Positions 11,996 to 22,338 of a stretch of DNA of 43,542 nt are shown here, one piece after another. How positions within the stretch are numbered: the first letter of the stretch is position 1; each line of letters opens with the position of its first letter. Under the pieces are notes generated by a model. The model worked only from the letters and a program-made list of their open reading frames with translations. It had not been told where the DNA came from and did no database searches. This DNA comes from Macrostomum lignano. Its lineage: Eukaryota. Both the position numbers and the translations under genes were made by a program. The DNA lies in the NCBI GenBank assembly GCA_002269645.1, contig NIVC01004515.1, positions 1 to 43,542 of the forward strand, written 5' to 3'.

Positions 11996-13170
11996 CCTTT
12001 GTCCCTATCTCTGATTCCTCATGTTGGAATCCGAATCCCCGATTCTTAATTCCCTATCCCTGATTCCTCATGTTGGAATCCGAATCCCCGATTCTTAATT
12101 CCCTATCCCTGATTCCTCATGTTGGAATCCGAATCCCCGATTCTTAATGCCCTATCCCTGATTCCTCATGTTGGAATCCGAATCCCCGATTCTTAATTCC
12201 CTATCCCTGATTCCTCATGTTGGAATCCGAATCCCCGATTCTTAACTCCCTATCCCTGAATCCTCATGTTGGAATCCGAATCCCCGATTCTTATTTCCCT
12301 ATCCCTGATTCCTCATGTTGGAATCCGAATCCCCGATTCTTAATTCCCTATCCCTGATTCCTCATGTTGGAATCCGAATCCCCGATTCTTAATGCCCTAT
12401 CCCTGATTCCTCATGTTGGAATCCGAATCCCCGATTCTTAATTCCCTATCCCTGATTCCTCATGTTGGAATCCGAATCCCCGATTCTTAACTCCCTATCC
12501 CTGAATCCTCATGTTGGAATCCGAATCCCCGATTCTTAATTCCCTATCCCTGATTCCTCACGTTGGAATCCGAATCCCCGATTCTTAATTCCCTATCTCT
12601 GATTCCTCATGTTGGAATCCGAATCCCCGATTCTTAATGCCCTATCCCTGATTCCTCATGTTGGAATCCGAATCCCCGATTCTTAACTTCCTATCCCTGA
12701 ATCCTCATGTTGGAATCCGAATCCCCGATTCTTAATTCCCTATCCCTGATTCCTCATGTTTAGAATCTGAATCCCCGATTCTTAATCCCCTATCCCTGAT
12801 TCCTCACGTTGGAATCCGAATCCTCGATTCTTAATCCCCTATCCCTGATTCCTCATATGGAATCCGAATCCCCGATTCTTAATCCCCTATCCCTGATTCC
12901 TCATATGGAATCCGAATCCCCGATTCTTAATTCCCTATCCCTGATTCCTCATATGGAATCCGAATCCTCGATTCTTAATGCCCTATCCCTGATTCCTCAT
13001 GTTGGAATCCGAATCCCCGATTCTTAATCCCCTATCCCTGATTCCTCATATGGAATCCGAATCCCCGATTCTTAATTCCCTATCCCTGATTCCTCATATG
13101 GAATCCGAATCCTCGATTCTTAATCCCCTATCCCTGATTCCTCATGTTGGAATCCGAATCCCCGATTCTT
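11996..13170. repeat. 49-bp minisatellite (TCCCTATCCCTGATTCCTCATGTTGGAATCCGAATCCCCGATTCTTAAT), switching to a 48-bp variant after ~12850
   Basis: TGATTCCTCA recurs at 12061, 12110, ... The CATATGG variant is 48 bp and creates the short ORFs 12809 and 12999. Confidence 0.95.
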
Positions 13171-13576
13171 ATGCTAGGGACGCTAGTTCAAGAAGCATTG
13201 TAGTATTTTGTCTTGTACGCTAGTGCGCACTAGCGTTCCACACTCACCCCACACCCACCCTTCTCCGCTCGTGAACTGGCCCCCGTTAAGGGAGCCCACC
13301 CCACCGTGGGCTGGGTCCCGTTAACGGGCTATTTTTAGCGCGGGATGGGCTCCGCTAGCGGCGGGCCGTTAGGTGTCGAATGATGTCTAAAAAAATACTC
13401 AGAATTCATTGCGATGCTTTCATTTGAACTGGGCTGCATCTGCGAGCCAGCTATCTGATCGCTAAAATATTTCTGGCTTCTATTGAAAAAAGATAAAAAC
13501 CATACAAATGATAGGATTAAAACTCATAAATTATTAAAATTCCCAAATTGCTTCCTAGAATTTCAGATTCATCCGC

Positions 13577-13675
13577 ACAATCCCAAATCGATCCCTACAA
13601 TCCCAAATCGATCCCTACAATCCCAAATCGATCCATACAATCCCAAATCGATCCCTACAATCCCAAATCGATCCT
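13577..13675. repeat. 20-bp tandem repeat (TCCCAAATCGATCCCTACAA), ~5 copies
   Basis: Directly visible. Confidence 0.9.
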
Positions 13676-13992
13676 TTCTGACAGAATCGTTGAATATCTC
13701 GACGGTCCGGAGGGCTGGGGACTTGATTCTTGTTTGTGAAGGTGCTGGACAAAAAGTTAGCCCGTGTTCTTGAATTTCGTGTGCCTGCATCGCTTCGTTC
13801 CGGCGCAGCATTAAAAATTTGTCAAGGGGTGGAGGATCCCTTCCACTTTGGTAGTTCGAAGGGCGGAAAATGGCTTGACCTTCCTACTGTTAAGTAGTTG
13901 ATTACGATTACAATCTGCCGCTAGTCATTAAAAGGTAGGACTTAACTAAATCGATATTTGCCTGCGTAATTGAGGTCTCGCTGATATTCACG

Positions 13993-14495
13993 AGTGACAT
14001 CATATCCAAGTGACATCATATCCAAGTGACATCATATCCAAGTGACATCATATCCAAGTGACATCATATCCAAGTGACATCATATCCAAGTGACATCATA
14101 TCCAAGTGACATCATATCCAAGTGACATCATATCCAAGTGACATCATATCCAAGTGACATCATATCCAAGTGACATCATATCCAAGTGACATCATATCCA
14201 AGTGACATCATATCCAAGTGACATCATATCCAAGTGACATCATATCCAAGTGACATCATATCCAAGTGACATCATATCCAAGTGACATCATATCCAAGTG
14301 ACATCATATCCAAGTGACATCATATCCAAGTGACATCATATCCAAGTGACATCATATCCAAGTGACATCATATCCAAGTGACATCATATCCAAGTGACAT
14401 CATATCCAAGTGACATCATATCCAAGTGACATCATATCCAAGTGACATCATATCCAAGTGACATCATATCCAAGTGAAATCGTGTCCAATTGACA
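13993..14495. repeat. Perfect 16-bp minisatellite (AGTGACATCATATCCA)n, ~30 copies
   Basis: Identical units 13993-14477, then one degenerate unit. Confidence 0.98.
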
Positions 14496-15572
14496 TCCTG
14501 CTTGTTGAATAAAAAATAAGACATTCTGTTAAAAAGTTAAAGCTAAACTCATCGTTTACTCCTGCATACGAGAGTACACCTAAGCATATTAGTTTTAACC
14601 AACGCAGGTTAAAGACAACTAATTGATGATTGAAACGTATTTCTGTGGTTTAATAATAACAATAAAGTCTTAAAACAGAAGCAACATCATCCGCGGTGCA
14701 GGCTCTTCACCGGTAAAAGGTGCCTGCAGCCCCACCTTCACCGGCTGAGAACAGTACAACTCGGTGCTGATGATGTGGCCTGGCCTGCACAACAGGTCGC
14801 TTGTACGGACCAAATACCCCGTCAACCTGCTGTTCGAACGAGTCTGTCAGCGTCCTGTTCTCAGCGCTGTCAATCAGCTAGCAAGATTGACGTCAGGGAG
14901 TTATATTGCGAAAAAGCAACACTATTTACATTTTACTGAGCCTAACAAGAAGGCCATTTGGCGCACCGAAGTACACAAGCTCTGGACGTGAACTTACACA
15001 AATAAATGATGCACAAGTGACACTGGGCATTTTTATTGTATTTAGCTCACGGCTATGGGTACAATCGCGAACACACGTTGGTGCAATAGTGCATACATGC
15101 ACGCAAATTTATGGGTTATTACAGTCTGCGTCGTTAAAGTACTGAACAGGTAGAACTAAATTTGTAGGGAACGCAGTTGGCTGGGTCACAGAAGGTGTCG
15201 CACGAGTGCAGATGACTGCAAAATAAAATATTGGCAGGTTTGAATGCCTTCGGCAAGGTCGTCAACACAGCCAGTCCCACAATGGGACAATTCTGGCCAT
15301 TCCGCTGACTCCTGAGCACATACAAGCGCGCCAATGCTGTGCACAAACACGCACTCCTACACACGAGCTACGAGTAACACAGGGTGTAAAACAGCACTGA
15401 CTTTCTAGCTCGTAATCATCAGATTAGAAGCAGAAGTAGCAGAAGCATACAAAATTTGTGAGTAATCGTTGCTCGCAGAAGGGTATAAAAATATCTTACA
15501 TCGGATCTAGAATCTTTCCTGCCAAAATTTTGCAATTAAAGACAAACTGTCTCGACTTAAAAGCTTGCAGCG

Positions 15573-16721
15573 TCACTTTAAAGACTCGAGCACGGGACCA
15601 AGATAGTCGTTGCGGATCCAGAGCAAACGGTCGCAATGAAATTTCCGGTCCCCTGGATTAGCAACAACTATTGATGTGTCCTTGATGCTCCTAGGGCTGT
15701 ATCGTCTCTCAGCGAAGAAGCTGATCATGAACTGGCGCTCCTCCTCGCTCATCTGCCAATTGAGCCACTTCATGTGCACCACGGGAATCGTGAAGGTGTC
15801 GAACAGCTTCTGCGCGCTCTTGAAGAACTCGCCTTCGCTTCCTTCGATGGCAACTTTTAACACAACCAGCTTGGTGTCGATGAGCGGCATGATGGAGTCC
15901 GCGGTGGCCGACATCACCGGGATCGTGTCGACGACAGATTTGCCGCCAAAGTTGGTGGCGCCGCCGACGTTGCACTGCTGAGGGAAGTTCAGGTAGGTGA
16001 AATAAACTCGCGTGCTGACGAAGTTCCACAGCAGCTGCAGCTTGTGAGGCGAATTGGCCGCCTCGGCTGACAGCTTGATTCGAATCAGGTTGCGGATGTT
16101 CGCGTCCAGCGCGATGACGGGCACTCCGAGATCGAGGACCGACAGGCTGAACACGCCGATGTTCGAGCCGACGTCCACGAAGGTTACTAAAGATTTTTCT
16201 TGAAACTTCTTTACAATTTTCTGCAAAATGAGAACGCTATTGGCCTCGAATATATGCGACTGATAGACCGCTGCCGAGATGATGTCCTTGCACGAATAGA
16301 TGAAGCACGGTATGCTTCTCTGGCTAACGGGACTCTTCAGTGTCGCTTCCCTGCTTCCAGCTTTTACGCCTTTGATGAGCACCTGCGGCAGGTGCTGCTT
16401 GAGTCGGCAGAGCGGAAACGCGCTGTCCACGATGGTGTAGGCGGCGGCGCCTTCGCAGATGCCCTCGCTGATGGACTTGTGCAGGAAGTTCACGTTGCGG
16501 AGCTCGCTGTAGGCGCCGCAGGGACCCGACGGCAGAGGGTTGTCAATAGTCGCTGGCACTGTGCCGTGATCTGGCACAAGATCATTGTTATCTTTGGAGC
16601 AGATCTGCATGAGGCTGCCGCTGACCAGCAGTTTGTAGATAATAATAGCCAACATCATTGCCAGAATAATTGTTATTATGTCTTTCAGTACTCGACGTCT
16701 TTGCTGTCGGGCTAGGTTCAT
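15573..16721 (-). CDS. FkbM-family methyltransferase, paralog C, with N-terminal signal anchor; carries D>A and E>K motif changes
   Basis: 382-aa ATG ORF. TM segment IITIILAMMLAIIIYKLLV; FVDVGSNIGVFSL intact; LKVAIEG and HMKW in place of LKVDIEG and HMEW. Confidence 0.88.
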   Translation of the reverse strand: MNLARQQRRRVLKDIITIILAMMLAIIIYKLLVSGSLMQICSKDNNDLVPDHGTVPATIDNPLPSGPCGAYSELRNVNFLHKSISEGICEGAAAYTIVDSAFPLCRLKQHLPQVLIKGVKAGSREATLKSPVSQRSIPCFIYSCKDIISAAVYQSHIFEANSVLILQKIVKKFQEKSLVTFVDVGSNIGVFSLSVLDLGVPVIALDANIRNLIRIKLSAEAANSPHKLQLLWNFVSTRVYFTYLNFPQQCNVGGATNFGGKSVVDTIPVMSATADSIMPLIDTKLVVLKVAIEGSEGEFFKSAQKLFDTFTIPVVHMKWLNWQMSEEERQFMISFFAERRYSPRSIKDTSIVVANPGDRKFHCDRLLWIRNDYLGPVLESLK

Positions 16722-16996
16722 TGTGCTGTAATCCCTGGAATTCGAAGTAGCTTGTAGTTAATTTCCACGCAACTAGCATACTGTTGCAAGCTTGATTTAC
16801 TAGCAATAGCCCTAATTTATTGTCTTATATTCTTGCTATGAATATTTACGTTAATAAGCTGCAAAATAACGGTAAATTGTATAACAAATTGAAACATAAA
16901 CATGCTCGTTTAGTCGCGGAAGCCTTGCTTTGCTTCTTTTTAAAAGCAAACGTGCGTTACTAGCAAAATGTGCTGTCCTTAAGTAGGCTTTCCCGA

Positions 16997-18180
16997 AGTG
17001 AACTGCAACCAAACCACTATCCAACACTTGAGTGAACTACCACAAAGCAACGTTGATCCACTGGGTGAACTGCCACTAAGAAACGTTGATCCATTGAGTG
17101 AACTGCCACTAAGCAACGTTGATCCATTGGGTGAACTACCACTAAGCAACGTTGATCCATTGAGTGAACTGCCACTAAGCAACGTTGATCCACTGGGTGA
17201 ACTGTCACTAAGAAACGTTGATCCATTGAGTGAACTGCCACTAAGCAACGTTGATCCATTGGGTGAACTACCACTAAGAAACGTTGATCCACTGGGTGAA
17301 CTGCCACTAAGAAACGTTGATCCATTGAGTGAACTGCCACTAAGCAACGTTGATCCATTGGGTGAACTACCACTAAGCAACGTTGATCCATTGGGTGAAC
17401 TACCACTAAGCAACGTTGATCCACTGGGTGAACTGCCACTAAGAAACGTTGATCCATTGGGTGAACTGCAACGTTGATCAGTTGAGTGAACTGCCACTAA
17501 GGAACGTTGATGTGGGTGGACTGCCGCTGAGCAACGTTGATCCATTGAGTGAACTGCCACTAAGCAACGTTGATCCATTGGGTGAACTGCCACTAAGCAA
17601 CGTTGATCATTTGAGTGAACTGCCACTAAGCAACGTTGATCCAATGGGTGAACTATACCACTAAGCACCGTTGATCAGTTGAGTGAACTGCCACTAAGCA
17701 ACGTTGATCAGATGAGTGAACTGCCACTAAGCACCGTTGATCAGTTAAGTGAACTGCATCTAAGAAACGTTGATCCATTGAGTGAACTGCCACTAAGCAA
17801 CGTTGATCCATTGAGTGAACTGCAACGCGGATCCATTGGGTGAACTACCACTAAGCAACGTTGATCGGTTGAGTGAACTGCCACTGAGCAACGTTGATTC
17901 ACTGGGTGAACTACCACTAAGCAACGTTGATCAGTTGAGTGAACTGCCACTAAGCACCGTTGATCAGTTAAGTGAACTGCATCTAAGAAACGTTGATCCA
18001 TTGAGTGAACTTCCACTAAGCAACGTTGATCCATTGAGTGAACTGCAACGCGGATCCATTGGGTGAACTACCACTAAGCAACGTTGATCGGTTGAGTGAA
18101 CTGCCACTGAGCAACGTTGATTCACTGGGTGAACTACCACTAAGCAACGTTGATCGGTTGAGTGAACTACTACTGAGCAC
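16997..18180. repeat. 33-bp minisatellite (GTGAACTGCCACTAAGCAACGTTGATCCATTGR)n
   Basis: Period 33; the open frames DPLGELPLSNV etc. are repeat artefacts. Confidence 0.95.
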
Positions 18181-19119
18181 CCTTGCCGCTAAATTAGTCT
18201 TCTCTGTGAAACATTATTTCACTCATCTAGTATAATCTGTTAGCTAAAATACACAATTTAGTATCCAAGCAAAAATTGAATAAAATGCAAGTTTTCTACA
18301 GTTTCTCACCTTTATTTAGTATTCCGATAAAGCCAGCCGCTTTCTGTATTCTAGTTCGCAACGAGCTCGGAGCACAGCTCTAGCGATTTTATTGCTCACT
18401 ATACTGTACGCAGAGAGAGAGAGGCAGTCGTGAGAGAACAGCTCAGAAGCGAGATGAGCTGGTTGGCCAGCTAGTAGTATACCCATACGTGCTTGTTCTG
18501 TTTGATGCTTTGCACAGTCTGCTTTTGCGTAGCGAGCATTCTTTTTTCTCTAGCTATAGACTGACTAACAATAGAAACTCGGGTTATGCATCAATTCTGG
18601 GTCAAACTGCCCGCTAAAAAATGCTCGCTAAGGGTATGGAAAATTGTCATTGTTTGCTTCGACGACAAAAATAGACGCAATGCATGAGTAATATGCGAGC
18701 ATCAATATTTTTATGAGTGCTCAACTTACGCTTCGAGCACTGCCGAAAATTGGGAGTTGTTGGTACGCCAATCCCGAGCATCAAAGAGATAGCTGGCTTT
18801 GATGCCAAAGCTCCCAGGGGTACTGATATCTTAGGCTAAGATAGCCAGCTCTCGACCGGGTGCCTTTTTTGCTTAAAACATTTTCAACGTCAAAAGCTAC
18901 ATGTAGATTATTCAAACAAATCGATTTTTTTCTTTTTCGCCTCCTAAATGGAAGGGGCGAATATTGCTAGTCTAAAAAGCTGCCATGCCCCATCATAAGA
19001 CAACTCAAGTAGGACGCAATACACTCGAGTTTCTTATAAAATGAGCTGGAGGCTGATAAAGAACTGATATTTGTCGTTTTGCCAGTGCGTTGAGTATGCT
19101 CTTGAGAAATCAGATTTAT

Positions 19120-19457
19120 TTGTCTATGGCCAAATGCAGCTCTGTGGCAGTGTGGCTTTGATTGGCTTTATTGTCCATGGCCGAGTGCAGTTCTGTTGCA
19201 TGAGTGGCTTTGATTGGCTTTATTGTCTATGGCCGAGTGCAGTTCTGTTGCATGAGTGGCTTTGATTGGCTTTATTGTCTATGGCCGAGTGCAGTTCTGT
19301 TGCATGAGTGGCTTTGATTGGCTTTATTGTCTATGGCCGAGTGCAGTTCTGTTGCATGAGTGGCTTTGATAGGTTTTATTGTCTATGGCCGAGTGCAGTT
19401 CTGTGGCAGTGGCTTTGATTGGCTTTATTGTCTATGGCCGAGTGCAGTTCTGTGGCA
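19120..19457. repeat. 52-bp minisatellite (TTGCATGAGTGGCTTTGATTGGCTTTATTGTCTATGGCCGAGTGCAGTTCTG), ~6 copies
   Basis: TGAGTGGC recurs at 19201, 19253, ... Confidence 0.92.
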
Positions 19458-20038
19458 GCTGATTATCCGGCTAAACTATCCTTAACTAGAGTAACAAAAG
19501 TAATGATGTTGTTTAGCATGTACTCATAGCTTTTGCGTATTTTAAGGGCCAAACAGAAATTTCAGCCTAGCTTATTGCTTTGAGATGAAATCAAAATTGT
19601 CCTTTAAATGAGCCCCTAATGTAGGATAGACGTAAAATCTTTTTTTCTGAGAATGGAAGCATGCAAAGGTGAAATTGTCAATAGCTGTGTGTGTCGTACT
19701 CAATGAACACGCCAGTTTCTACCAGTTTCTGTCTCTCCTCCCTCTCTCTCCCACAGCATCAGACCAGCAGGTCGCATAAGAGGTTAGCGTGAATAACGTA
19801 CGTACACATGGTTTGTTATAGCCAGATCCCGCGCACCCCTTCTCTCTCCCCTCCCCTATACACACGGAGAGGCCTTCCCTCTCTCAGCTGGTGGCGGAGT
19901 TGAGTACACTCAACCAGTGCTAATAGAGAAGATTTTCTGCCTGACAGTGCATAGCATGCCTGTAAAATATCCAACAGCCCAATAAGAAGTAGTTTTCACC
20001 AATTTCTCAGTCTAGAGCAGCTCAGGTTTAGTCAAATC

Positions 20039-21126
20039 ATGAAGCAAAACAATCATCAGCATCAGCAGCAGCAGAAAGCCGTCGAGTTCAACATCGGCGG
20101 CAAAACCGTAGCCGTATCGCCCAACATCGCCGACAAGTTTCCAAATTGTCGATTAGCCCGCCTACTGTCCGGCCGAGAATTGGCCGGCTGCGTTGATTCG
20201 ACTGGCCGGCCGTTTCTCGACCGGAATCCGGCTGTGTTTGGGATGGCGCTGGACTTTCTCAGGCACGGCGGTCGCTTCCTACCGCCCTGCGATTTGCAAC
20301 GATTTGACGACTGGGAGCGGCTCGAGGCCGAGGCCGAGTACCTGCAGATGCCTGAGCTGGCTGCTCAACTGCGCACTCTGCAGCGCGATCGAGAGGGCGC
20401 CTCAGCATCCGCTGATCTGCCCAGGCGGAAGCAGCAATCCAGCCTGCAGCAGCAGCAGCAGCAGGTGGCATTTCTGGAGGTTGGCGAGTCTGAGCAGGCA
20501 GTGTTCTTGGAGGGTGCCGATCCGCAGAGGCAACTCGTGCTTCTGGTGAGCAGCCCGATTATAGCAATCATAAATTGGATTGCTAATCTAGCCAATCAAG
20601 TATAGATTTTATGAATGGCTTGCTAATCTAGCCAATCAAGTATGAATTTTATGAATGGATTGCTAATCTAGCCAATCAACTATAAATTTTATGAATGGAT
20701 TGCTAATCTAGCCAATCAACTATAAATTTTATGAATGGATTGCTAATCTAGCCAATCAACTATAAATTTTATGAATGGATTGCTAATCTAGCCAAGCGTA
20801 CCTGCACACTTCAGGGCGAGTTGGGCGCGCTTCGCGAAGTGCTCCGCAAGCGGCTGAACCCGCTGCTGCCCCGACTGATGCAGCGAGCCGACGAGCTGTC
20901 AGAGCGACGCGGTCGCCGCTTGCACGACGCCGACTCGGTGAGCCTCAGCCTGCCGGAGGGCCACCTCAGAGAGCGCGGCCTCGGATCGCTGGACGAGTTC
21001 AGGCCGGTCCTGCTGCGGGAGGTGGCCCGGCTGGCTTTGCCTGGGCCGCCAGGACAACTCACGCTGAGCACAGGGGAGCACCGGCTGCTATTCCGGGTGC
21101 CCGCCTGCGAGGACCTTGCCAACTAA
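20039..21126 (+). CDS. KCTD-type BTB/POZ (T1 tetramerisation) domain protein, 2 exons (20039-20545, 20815-21126), 272 aa
   Basis: VEFNIGGK...FPNCRLARLL...PFLDRNPAVFGMALDFLR...LEAEAEYLQMPEL is a BTB_2/T1 signature. Phase-0 donor CTG/GTGAGC at 20546 and acceptor CTTCAG/GGC at 20814 join the two ORFs in frame. Confidence 0.88.
20575..20795. repeat. 40-bp intronic minisatellite (TGCTAATCTAGCCAATCAASTATAAATTTTATGAATGGAT), ~5.5 copies
   Basis: TGCTAATCTA at 20581, 20621, 20661, 20701, 20741, 20781. Confidence 0.95.
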
Positions 21127-21167
21127 TTGGGACTCGGGATAATTATGATAGGGAGTTAAATGAGAGA

Positions 21168-21490
21168 CATGGATTTTAAGTGAGGGATTTGGGATTTGAA
21201 ATGATGGAATTTGGGATTTGAAGTGAGAGATTTGGGGATTTGGAGTGTGGGATTTTGGGATTTGAGTTTGGGGCTTTGAAACGAGGGATTTGAAATGAGG
21301 GATTTTTGGATTTGAAGTGAGAGATTTGGCTTTGAAATGAGGGATTTTGGGATTTGAAGGGATTTGGCTTTGAAATGAGGGATTTGGGGATTTTAAGTGA
21401 AGGATTTTGGGATTTGAAGTGAGAGCTTTTGGTATTTGAAGTAAGGGATTTGGGATTTGAAATGATGGATCAGGATTTGGAACGGGATTA
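21168..21490. repeat. Degenerate G/T-rich repeat (GGGATTT(T)GGGATTTGAARTGA-like) downstream of the KCTD stop
   Basis: Directly visible, irregular period. Confidence 0.8.
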
Positions 21491-22338
21491 GGATCCGGAA
21501 CTGTTATAACAGGGATTAAGTTGTTTGTTTTTAAATCGATATTTAGAGTGATAAATTAACAATGGAGAGCTACAGAGTTGGGATAAATGTAAAACGTTTG
21601 CCTATTCGTGTCACTATTTTGAAATATGTGCGAAACTATTGGTTTCACCATTTAACAGAGTTGCTTTAATTTGCGTTACAAGTACATTAAATTTCGTGTG
21701 CAAGCATGGGATTTTGTAGCATGAACTAACTGTACACACAAGAAATCTTTTCTTATCCCACTTCTCTATGTCGCAATGCACCCTTTAAAACGATATATTA
21801 TTGAATCATAAGTAAATCTTTAAATGTTTTTTCAAACTTGCTTTATAAACATTTCATAACCTATGGATTTATGTTTTAGTTATTGAAGTTTCGTTTTCGG
21901 GGGGCGCTCAGCAAATTGTCCCAAAAATAAATTTCTAAGAAAATTGTCTTCGAATGGAGTTTCTAAGAATATTATCCTCAAAATAAGTTTCTAAGAAAAC
22001 TGTCCTCAAATATTCTGAAAATGGTTCCCAATTGAATTTTCAAAAAAATTACGAAATAGAATTTTTAAGAAAATTGTCCACGCATAGAGATTGTCCTCAA
22101 ATGGAGATTGTTTGTGTTGACACCCCAAATAGTGTAAAAGCACATTGATAAAAGCAAAAATAACAAAATCAATTCAGAACAAAAATCGGCACTGTAACAA
22201 AGTTTACTACTCTTACCGAGTAATATGCTAAGCAATGAAATTATGCATAAGATGTTGCCATTTTATTATAAATAGTAGCAGAACATTTAACAGAATAAAG
22301 AAACCATAAAATTGCTCAATTAATTACGAATAACAAGA

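Noticed and set aside
13993-14495. CRISPR-like regular repeats (this and other arrays)
   Set aside because: Head-to-tail units with no unique spacers, no cas genes, eukaryotic context.
14764-14940. C/D snoRNA (TGATGA at ~14768)
   Set aside because: No suitably spaced D box with a terminal stem. No tRNA, rRNA or snRNA genes were recognised anywhere in the window.
18700-18860. Cluster of short hairpins (GCATCAAAG/CTTTGATGC; ATCTTA/TAAGAT) as a structured ncRNA
   Set aside because: Short stems with no recognisable family motif; cannot be distinguished from chance or a MITE remnant without covariation data.
21168-21490. Telomeric or interstitial telomeric repeat
   Set aside because: The motif is GGGATT, not TTAGGG/CCCTAA, and is irregular.
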